A DNA stretch of 64,000 bases from Betaproteobacteria bacterium (GTDB lineage Bacteria; Pseudomonadota; Gammaproteobacteria; Burkholderiales; SG8-39), in NCBI GenBank assembly GCA_005881595.1, contig VBBY01000021.1:39977-103976 (forward strand). Direction: 5' to 3'. A model generated the notes under the pieces. That model had not been told where the DNA came from, did not search any database, and was given only the letters and a program-made list of their open reading frames with translations. Below are positions 38,393-45,056 of this stretch, in pieces; within the stretch, counting starts at the first letter, position 1, and each line of letters begins with the position of its first letter. A program made the position numbers and the translations under genes.

Positions 38393-40145
38393 GCGCCTTG
38401 GCGTGCGGCGGCTGCAACGCGGTGCCGCGTTGCTGCTGCTGCTCGCTGTGCTGGTGCTGGGCGCGTCATGGTTCCTGGTTTCGCGGCTGGACGCGATAGC
38501 CGGTGCATTCACGGCGATCGACCGCAACCGCAATGCGACGGTCCTCAGCCAGGCGAAGCAGACGTTGATCGGCTACGTTGCCCTGCAGGCGGTCAAGGCC
38601 GGAGAAGACAGCCCAGGACGCCTGCCATGCCCTGAAGCGCCGGGAAATATAGCCACCGCAAATGAAGGCCAGGCCGCTGCAGCCTGCACGCTGCCTGCGG
38701 TGGGTCGACTGCCATGGCGAACGCTCGGTCTGGACAAGCTGGTGGACTCCAGAAGCGAGCCGCTGTGGTACGTCGTTTCTCCCGGGTGGGCAATCACCGC
38801 CGGAAACCTGCTCATCAACTCGAACACCATCGGCCAGCTGAATGTCGACGGGCAGGCCAACGCCGCGGTGGCCCTGATCATCGCCCCGGGTGCGGCGATG
38901 AACGTCGCGGCGAGCGCAGGCTGCACTGCCCGCAACCAGGCGCGCAGCGCTCCGGCCCCGACCATGGACGCGCGCGATTACATCGAATGCTTCAATACCG
39001 GCACGTCGACGTTCGCCACGACCGGGCCGACGACCTCGTTCAACGACCAGGTCGTTCGCATCACTGCTGCAGACGTGATGCCGGGAATCGAGGCAGCGAT
39101 CGCGTCTCGCGTGGAGCGCGAAATCGCGCCGCTCCTGAGAGGCGTCTATGCAACGAATAGCTGGGGAGCAAACGTCTCGGCCGGCAATCCGGTATATCCC
39201 TTTGCCGCGCCTTTCGCGGATCCGTCGCTGACCGCGAGCTATCAGAGCAGCAGCGCCTCGTGCGCGGGCGGCGTCTGCAAGGGCCTGCTGCCGGTCATGT
39301 TTTCGAGCGCCCCGGGCACCAGCACGCCTTGCACGCCGAGCGCGGGATCGCCGTGCGATCCGACCTTCGTGCGCTGGGTGAGTCCACCCGCCCCGGTATT
39401 TGCCCGCACCGGCGGTGCCGCGCTGGGTCCCCCGGCCCCGACCTGCTCGGTGCTCGCTGCGAGCGTCGACTGCACCATCTTTGCCAGCGGGCCCCTTGTC
39501 GGCCTGCCCGCGCCGATGACCTTCACCTTGGCTGCGACGGCGAGCAAAGTCGGCATGGCGCTGCGCAAATTCGACACGACAGTCGCCATGACCGGCATAG
39601 ATCCCGCGGGCAGGAGCATAGTGAGCGCGCCGATGGCCTCGGACGGCTCCGCGCGGGTGACGCTGAGCGGCAGCATCCCGATCAGCGGCGGCAACGTCAT
39701 CTCCAACGCGCTTTGCACTTTCCTGGGGCTGACGTGCTACCAGATGAACATCAGCATGCCGATTGCGCTTCTGGCCGATCATCCCGTGCTGAATTCCACC
39801 GACCCGGTCACCGGCTGGTTCATGCGCAACGAGTGGTACCGCGTCCTCTATTACGCCGCCGCACAGACTACAACGCCGGCTGCGCTTCCGACCGCGCCGG
39901 CCTGCACCCCGGGAACCAACTGTGTCACGGTCAGCAACCTGGCTCCCGCCGACAACAAGCGCGCCATCCTGATTCTCACCGGGCGCAGCATCAACGGCAG
40001 CGCGCGCCCGAGCGGCACTCTCGCCGACTACCTGGAATTCGGCAATGCCGCCGGCAACTTCGAGCGCCAGCCGGTAAGCACCGCGGTCGACGCGGCGGTG
40101 AAGAAGCCCTTCAACGACCGCATCGTCGTCGTCGACGTCAACTGA
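38379..40145 (+). CDS. Large Cys-rich GspK/PilX-like minor-pilin-like protein (possible tip or adhesin subunit)
   Basis: 588 aa (GTG at 38379, alternative GTG at 38403). N-terminus RRLQRGAALLLLLAVLVLGASWFLVS resembles Glu5-less GspK/PilX-type anchors. About 18 Cys. It shares the motifs GRLPCPE, AILILTGRS and FNDR with the next gene. Confidence 0.7.
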   Translation: MAGPERLGVRRLQRGAALLLLLAVLVLGASWFLVSRLDAIAGAFTAIDRNRNATVLSQAKQTLIGYVALQAVKAGEDSPGRLPCPEAPGNIATANEGQAAAACTLPAVGRLPWRTLGLDKLVDSRSEPLWYVVSPGWAITAGNLLINSNTIGQLNVDGQANAAVALIIAPGAAMNVAASAGCTARNQARSAPAPTMDARDYIECFNTGTSTFATTGPTTSFNDQVVRITAADVMPGIEAAIASRVEREIAPLLRGVYATNSWGANVSAGNPVYPFAAPFADPSLTASYQSSSASCAGGVCKGLLPVMFSSAPGTSTPCTPSAGSPCDPTFVRWVSPPAPVFARTGGAALGPPAPTCSVLAASVDCTIFASGPLVGLPAPMTFTLAATASKVGMALRKFDTTVAMTGIDPAGRSIVSAPMASDGSARVTLSGSIPISGGNVISNALCTFLGLTCYQMNISMPIALLADHPVLNSTDPVTGWFMRNEWYRVLYYAAAQTTTPAALPTAPACTPGTNCVTVSNLAPADNKRAILILTGRSINGSARPSGTLADYLEFGNAAGNFERQPVSTAVDAAVKKPFNDRIVVVDVN

Positions 40146-40966
40146 TGCGGGCACGCCAGCGCCTCCCGGGCAGCGCCGGTTTCAGCCTGGTCGAGCTGGC
40201 GATCGTGCTGCTCGTGGTGACGCTGATGCTGTCGAGCCTGCTGTACACGCTGTCCGCGCAGACCGAGCAGCGCAATTTCGAGGACACCCGCCGGCGCCTG
40301 GAGCAGGCGCGCGAGCTGGTGCTCGCGTTCGCGATCGTCAATGGGCGCCTGCCCTGCCCTGCGCGCGCGAACAGCGCCGGCGTCGAGGTGCGCAACGCCG
40401 CGGGCGAATGCAAGGATGCGGCAAACGTCGAGGACTATTACGGCGGCACGCCAGGCGGAGTCGTCGGCGGTCTCCTGCCCGCGGCAACGATCGGCTATCC
40501 GACCCTCGACGCTGGCGGATTCGCGCTGGATGCGTGGCAAGCCGCGCCGCAAAACCGCATCCGCTACGCCGTGGCGAAACTCATCACCAATTGCTCGGGC
40601 ACCTCCACGCTGCCGCACTTCGAGAACGCCACCAACCTGAAGGGCAACGGCATCAGCTGCCAGCCGAACGACCTGCTCATCTGCAAATCGGCGACCGGCA
40701 TTACCCCCATCGCCTGCGGCGGCAGCGCGAATCAGATCATGAGCCAGAGCCTGGTCGCGGCGGTCATCTTTTCGACCGGCAAGAACGCCACCACCACGGG
40801 CGGGACCGGCGCGGACGAGCTCGCCAACCTGAACGGCGACCAGATATTCGTCTTTCACCCGCCGGCGCCCAGCGGCGCGGCCAACGGCGAATTCGACGAC
40901 CAGTTCACCTGGATCACGGTCGGCGAGCTCTACGGCAAGCTGATTGCCGCAGGTGTGCTTCCCTAG
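40145..40966 (+). CDS. Prepilin-type N-terminal cleavage/methylation domain protein (minor pilin or pseudopilin)
   Basis: 273 aa. MRARQRLPGSAG|FSLVELAIVLLVVTLMLSSLLY (class III signal with Glu5). GRLPCPA motif and multiple Cys. ATGA overlap with the upstream gene. Confidence 0.85.
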   Translation: MRARQRLPGSAGFSLVELAIVLLVVTLMLSSLLYTLSAQTEQRNFEDTRRRLEQARELVLAFAIVNGRLPCPARANSAGVEVRNAAGECKDAANVEDYYGGTPGGVVGGLLPAATIGYPTLDAGGFALDAWQAAPQNRIRYAVAKLITNCSGTSTLPHFENATNLKGNGISCQPNDLLICKSATGITPIACGGSANQIMSQSLVAAVIFSTGKNATTTGGTGADELANLNGDQIFVFHPPAPSGAANGEFDDQFTWITVGELYGKLIAAGVLP

Positions 40967-42681
40967 GCGGCGGGTCCGGTCAGCGCGAAGCAGACGTCGC
41001 CGTCCAGGTTGCTCTCGAGAGCGAGCTGATAGCCGCTCGACTCGGCCTGGCGCGCCGCCTGATACAGGCCGATGCCCAGGCCGCTCGCGGATTCCACCGG
41101 GGCGCGCATTAGCGTCGACTCCATTTCGCGCGGCACGGCGCTTCCAGAATCGCGCACCCGCAGGGCGATGCTGCTGTCCCAATCGAGGGAGACATGCACG
41201 CGCGTGGCGCGCTTGGCGAGCGCGTTGCGGATCAGGTTATCGGCGACGCTGTCGAACAGCGAGCGCGGCACGCGCGCGTCCTGCGGCAGCTTCCTCGCCT
41301 CGAACTCGACGCCTTCCCCGCGGTACTGGCGGCCGAGCGCGTCCCACCAGGCTTGCGCGGGCACGTAGGTTTCCCCGGCGGCGTTCGGGCGCTGCAGCTT
41401 GGCGAGCGTCTCGGACAGCCGCTGGGTGATCAGCGGCAGCTGCCGCCGGATCAGCGCCTGCAGCTGCGTGGAATCGCGCTCATGGTCGCGCGCCGCGACC
41501 GAGCAGAGCACGTTCAGCGACTGCAGCAGGTTCTTGATGTCGTGCGTCATGCGCGCGCCGGTCTCGTGCACCGCCTGGACATAGCTCGCCTGCCGCAGCT
41601 GCTCCTCGCGCAGCTTCGCCATGTAGAACTCGCCGAGCAGCTGGCCGAGCAGGTGCAGGTGCCAGAGCAGCGCCGGGCTCAGGCGGTAGCGCGAGTAGAT
41701 GCGCAGCGAAACGGCGCTGTTCTCGAAGTCGACGGCATGCGGTGTGCGCTCGCCTTTTTCGCCGCTCGCCTCGGCGGCTTTCCAGCTCACGCCGGACACC
41801 GACGGCAGGCGCGCGAGGCCGCTGAGCGCCTCGACGAGAAAGCGTTCCGGGCGCGCTTCGCGCTGCAGCAGCTCGGCGAGGAAATGCAGCCACTGCTCCA
41901 CCGGCAGGCCGATGGAGAACAGATAGCGCACGAAGAACACGTTCAGCCCGGCGAACCCGCTGCGCGGGTTCCACGCCAGCCCGACGAGCAGCACCGCACC
42001 GGCGGTCAGGAACACGGTGTAGGTGAGCGCTTCCAGATAGCCGGTTCGCCTCAGCGTCATGAAGGTGAAGCTGCCCAGGATCACCACGCCCAGCAGCAGC
42101 ATCAGGAACATGCTGTAGAAGAAATCGATCACCTGCGCCGTATCCGCCGGCTCGGGCTCCGCCGGAAGCGCCAGAATGAGCACGAACGCAAGCGGCAGCA
42201 GATATTCGGCGGCGCTGCGGATCTCGGGGCTGATTTCCGGGCTCGGGGCGATCTCGGGCAGGATCACCACCGCGAGCAGCGCGAGAAGATACGCCAGCAC
42301 CACCAGGTAGCTCAGCCGCTGCCAGCGCGCGTGGTGCTGGTAGACCTTGCCGCCCACCAGTCCGGCAAGCACCACCACCCAGAACGCGAGCAGCCACCAG
42401 TCGAGCGCCAGCATGACGCCAAACGCGACCAGCGAAAGGATGAAGCCCTGCATCGGCGAGATGCGCTGCTCGGCGCGCAGGAACGGCTGCCACAGCAGCA
42501 GCAGGCCGAGGTGCACGAGGAGGAGCGCTCGCGCCCATGGGTCGGCGACGCCGCGGAACACCGCGACGTGAAGCGTGGCGAGCATCGCCGCGACCACCAG
42601 GCGCCAATAGTCCTGGCTGAAAGCCCAGACGCTGTTGGCCAGGCGCGCAAACACCGGCTCGGAGAGATGCGCGGGTTGCAT
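40963..42681 (-). CDS. Polytopic sensor histidine kinase (PrsK-like architecture)
   Basis: 572 aa. About 8 N-terminal TM helices with very short loops. H-box MTHDIKNLLQSL, N-box DNLIRNALAK, G-boxes RDSGSAVP/GLGIGLY. Converges on the pilin-like gene with a shared CTAG. Confidence 0.88.
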   Translation of the reverse strand: MQPAHLSEPVFARLANSVWAFSQDYWRLVVAAMLATLHVAVFRGVADPWARALLLVHLGLLLLWQPFLRAEQRISPMQGFILSLVAFGVMLALDWWLLAFWVVVLAGLVGGKVYQHHARWQRLSYLVVLAYLLALLAVVILPEIAPSPEISPEIRSAAEYLLPLAFVLILALPAEPEPADTAQVIDFFYSMFLMLLLGVVILGSFTFMTLRRTGYLEALTYTVFLTAGAVLLVGLAWNPRSGFAGLNVFFVRYLFSIGLPVEQWLHFLAELLQREARPERFLVEALSGLARLPSVSGVSWKAAEASGEKGERTPHAVDFENSAVSLRIYSRYRLSPALLWHLHLLGQLLGEFYMAKLREEQLRQASYVQAVHETGARMTHDIKNLLQSLNVLCSVAARDHERDSTQLQALIRRQLPLITQRLSETLAKLQRPNAAGETYVPAQAWWDALGRQYRGEGVEFEARKLPQDARVPRSLFDSVADNLIRNALAKRATRVHVSLDWDSSIALRVRDSGSAVPREMESTLMRAPVESASGLGIGLYQAARQAESSGYQLALESNLDGDVCFALTGPAA

Positions 42682-42716
42682 TGGCGGGATCCCGCGACTA
42701 GTCTACAAATGAAAAC

Positions 42717-43478
42717 ATGCCAGCTGCCATTCTCGCCCGTTTCGTGCTGCTGGAGGCGCGCCGCGGCGGCCTGCCCTGGCTCGCTGCCGCGAGCATCGCC
42801 CTCGCCCTCGGGCTGGCGGCATTTCTTTCGCAGGTGGCGGTCACCGAAAGCCTGGCGCTGCAGGCTTCGATCGTCGCGGCGCTGCTGCGCGCGAGCGCCG
42901 TGTTCCTGATCGCCGCGCACGTGGCTTCCAGCACGCTGCGCGAGCTCAACGACAAGGAGCTCGAGCGGATGCTGTCGCTGCCGCTGTCGCGCTCCACGCA
43001 ATATCTCGGGCGACTCGCCGGCTTTGCGCTGTGCGGGGCCGCGCTCGCCGCGGCCTGCGCGGCTCCGCTGCTGCTCTGGGCGTCCGCGGGCACGGTGGCG
43101 CTATGGGCACTGTCGCTCGCCTGCGAGACTGCACTGGTCGCTGCGGCGGCACTTTTTTTCTCCATGACGCTCGCACAGCTGGTGCCCGCGATTGCGGCGA
43201 GCGCCGGGCTCTACGTTCTCGCCCGCTCGATGGCCGCGATCCAGTCGATCGCCGGCGGCCCGCTGGCTGAAGCTTCGCTGCCGCACGAGGTGGCGCGCTG
43301 GGCCGTCGATGCGATTGCGCTGCTTCTGCCGCGGCTCGAGACAGTGACACGCACCGGGTGGCTGCTCTATGGCCCGCCAGACGCCGGGGCCTACGCGGCC
43401 GCGCTCGCCGGGCTGATGCTGTACACGGGGCTCCTGATCGCGGCCGGCCTGTTCGATTTTCACCGGCGCAACCTGTGA
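42717..43478 (+). CDS. ABC-2-type permease-like membrane protein
   Basis: 253 aa, about 6 TM. N-terminus ILARFVLLEARRGGLPWLAAASIALAL is typical of ABC2_membrane (NosY-like) permeases. No adjacent ATPase. Confidence 0.7.
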   Translation: MPAAILARFVLLEARRGGLPWLAAASIALALGLAAFLSQVAVTESLALQASIVAALLRASAVFLIAAHVASSTLRELNDKELERMLSLPLSRSTQYLGRLAGFALCGAALAAACAAPLLLWASAGTVALWALSLACETALVAAAALFFSMTLAQLVPAIAASAGLYVLARSMAAIQSIAGGPLAEASLPHEVARWAVDAIALLLPRLETVTRTGWLLYGPPDAGAYAAALAGLMLYTGLLIAAGLFDFHRRNL

Positions 43479-44200
43479 ATCGCGACGCGCGAGCACTCGC
43501 CTGCGTGCCGTCATGGGTATGGCTCGCGCTCGGGCTCAGCCTCGCTGCGCAGCTCACCTGGCAAAGCACGCGCCAACCCGCGCCGCCGGCCGCCGCGGAT
43601 CTCCCCCCGCCGCCGCCGGTGCAGGCCCTGCGCCTGGCGAGCTTCGGCGAGCCGGAGGCGGCCGCGCGTCTCGTCACGTTATACGTCCAGGCTTTCGACC
43701 TGGGCGGAGGAAACGCGCTGCCCTACAAGAACCTGGATTACCGCCGGCTTGCCGGCTGGCTGCGCGCGATACTCGAGCTCGACCCGCGCAGCGAGTATCC
43801 GCTGTTTCTCGCGGCGCGCGTGTATGCGGAAGTTCCCGATGAGGCGCGCAGTCGCATCGCCCTGGAATTCGCGTACCAGGAGTTTCTCAAGGATCCCAAC
43901 CGGCGCTGGCCGTGGCTTGCCCACGCCGCGCTCCTTGCCAAGCACCGGCTGGGGGACCTGGCGCTTGCGCGCCGCTACGCTGCGGCTATCGACCGCTACA
44001 CGACTTCGGAGGACGTCCCCCTGTGGGCCAGGCAGATGGAGATCTTCATCCTCGAGGACATGAGCGAGCTGGAGGCGGCGAAGATCATGATCGGCGGGCT
44101 GCTCGCAAAAGGGGCCATCCGCGATCCTGCCGAGGCCCGGTTCCTCAAGCAGCGGCTCGACGAGCTGGAGGCGCGTATCGCTCGCGGGACGAAAAGATAG
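43475..44200 (+). CDS. Membrane-anchored helical-repeat (TPR-like) hypothetical protein
   Basis: 241 aa, GTG start in a GTGA overlap with the permease. N-terminal TM (VPSWVWLALGLSLAAQLTW), Pro-rich spacer, alpha-helical repeats. No recognised family. Confidence 0.6.
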   Translation: MNRDARALACVPSWVWLALGLSLAAQLTWQSTRQPAPPAAADLPPPPPVQALRLASFGEPEAAARLVTLYVQAFDLGGGNALPYKNLDYRRLAGWLRAILELDPRSEYPLFLAARVYAEVPDEARSRIALEFAYQEFLKDPNRRWPWLAHAALLAKHRLGDLALARRYAAAIDRYTTSEDVPLWARQMEIFILEDMSELEAAKIMIGGLLAKGAIRDPAEARFLKQRLDELEARIARGTKR

Positions 44201-44204
44201 AAAG

Positions 44205-44240
44205 TGTCGAAGGACCGACGCTGTTGTCGGGAACTCGACG
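44205..44240 (+). promoter_or_regulatory. Two tandem dyad repeats TGTCG-N6-CGACG (candidate enhancer/UAS for the sigma-54 activator)
   Basis: TGTCGaaggacCGACG (44205-44220) and TGTCGggaactCGACG (44225-44240). They are spaced exactly 20 bp apart, with centres about 80 and 60 bp upstream of the -24 GG. An AT-rich tract (44251-44290) lies between them and the promoter. Confidence 0.4.
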
Positions 44241-44291
44241 CCGTTGCCTCGTAAATTGATGTCCTGGCGGCTTTTTTGACCCATTTTTGCG

Positions 44292-44307
44292 TGGCACGGA
44301 TGTTGCA
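44292..44307 (+). promoter_or_regulatory. Sigma-54 (-24/-12) promoter
   Basis: TGGCACGgatgTTGCA matches the consensus TGGCACG-N4-TTGCW exactly. It lies 39 nt upstream of the pilin ATG, with SD AGGGGAG at 44332-44338. Confidence 0.78.
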
Positions 44308-44345
44308 AGTAGGCTATCGCCTGGACGGTCCAGGGGAGATTGGCA

Positions 44346-45056
44346 ATGAAGAAAAGAGGGCAGGGCTTCACGCTGGTGGAGATCGCGATCGTGCTGGTGA
44401 TCATCGGGCTGCTGCTGGGCGGCATCCTGAAGGGGCAGGAAATGATCACCCAGGCGAAGATCAAGAACGTGATCGCGGATTTCTCCGGCGTCTCGGCGGC
44501 CTACCACGGCTACCAGGACCGCTACCGCGCCATTCCCGGCGACGACCCCAACGCCGGAACGCGCTGGACGACCGCGCCCGCCGCGCAGCCTGGCGATGGC
44601 AACGGCGTGGTCGGGGGAACTTATAACAATGCCTGCCCCACGGTCGTCGCTGCTGGCACTGCGGAAACGTGCAAGTGGTGGGACGATCTGCGGCGCGCAG
44701 GGTTCGTTTCCGGCAACGGCCCGCAGCAGCCTTTCAATGCGGTCACCGGCCTGATAGGCGTACAGACCGGCGACGGCGCGGGCCCGCCGAGCGGGCCGGT
44801 GCTGGGGGTTGGTGGGACCGGCGCGGGCGGATTCTCCGGGCTCATCATCTGCTCGGCGAACCTGCCCGACAAGATCGCGATTGCCGTCGACACGCAGATG
44901 GACGACGGCCAACGCCTGTCCGGTTCCGTGCGCGGTCAGCAACAGTCGGCGCCCAACCCCGCGATCGCCGTTGACGCCACCGCCGCCGGCTCAGGCGGCA
45001 ACAACAACTACGCGGAGACCGGCACCAACACCTACGTCCTCTGCCGCGCGTTCTAG
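44346..45056 (+). CDS. Type IV pilin / pseudopilin (probable major subunit)
   Basis: 236 aa. MKKRGQG|FTLVEIAIVLVIIGLLLGGILKGQEMI (class III signal, Glu5). Two Cys pairs, including a C-terminal D-region-like pair (IICSANL...YVLCRAF). The track ORF starts 6 nt earlier at a TTG. Confidence 0.9.
   Translation: MKKRGQGFTLVEIAIVLVIIGLLLGGILKGQEMITQAKIKNVIADFSGVSAAYHGYQDRYRAIPGDDPNAGTRWTTAPAAQPGDGNGVVGGTYNNACPTVVAAGTAETCKWWDDLRRAGFVSGNGPQQPFNAVTGLIGVQTGDGAGPPSGPVLGVGGTGAGGFSGLIICSANLPDKIAIAVDTQMDDGQRLSGSVRGQQQSAPNPAIAVDATAAGSGGNNNYAETGTNTYVLCRAF

Noticed and set aside
38466-40154. 562-aa minus-strand ORF opposite the large pilin-like gene
   Set aside because: Arg/Gly/Ala-rich translation with no motifs. 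The plus-strand frame has a pilin-type anchor, paired Cys residues and translational coupling to its neighbours.
26798-42681. Calling the pilus block a horizontally acquired island
   Set aside because: By eye, GC content and codon style match the flanks, and there are no mobility genes or flanking repeats. Retained only as one of two hypotheses in the split-ABC finding.
41194-42909. 571-aa plus-strand ORF opposite the histidine kinase
   Set aside because: Shadow ORF (His/Arg/Gln/Glu-rich). The minus strand encodes the TM bundle, H-box and HATPase motifs.
44241-44291. Possible intrinsic terminator (T-runs) after the 43475-44200 gene
   Set aside because: Only a 4-bp stem with a loop of about 24 nt can be drawn. 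The T-runs are better explained as the AT-rich, bendable spacer between the dyad repeats and the sigma-54 promoter.
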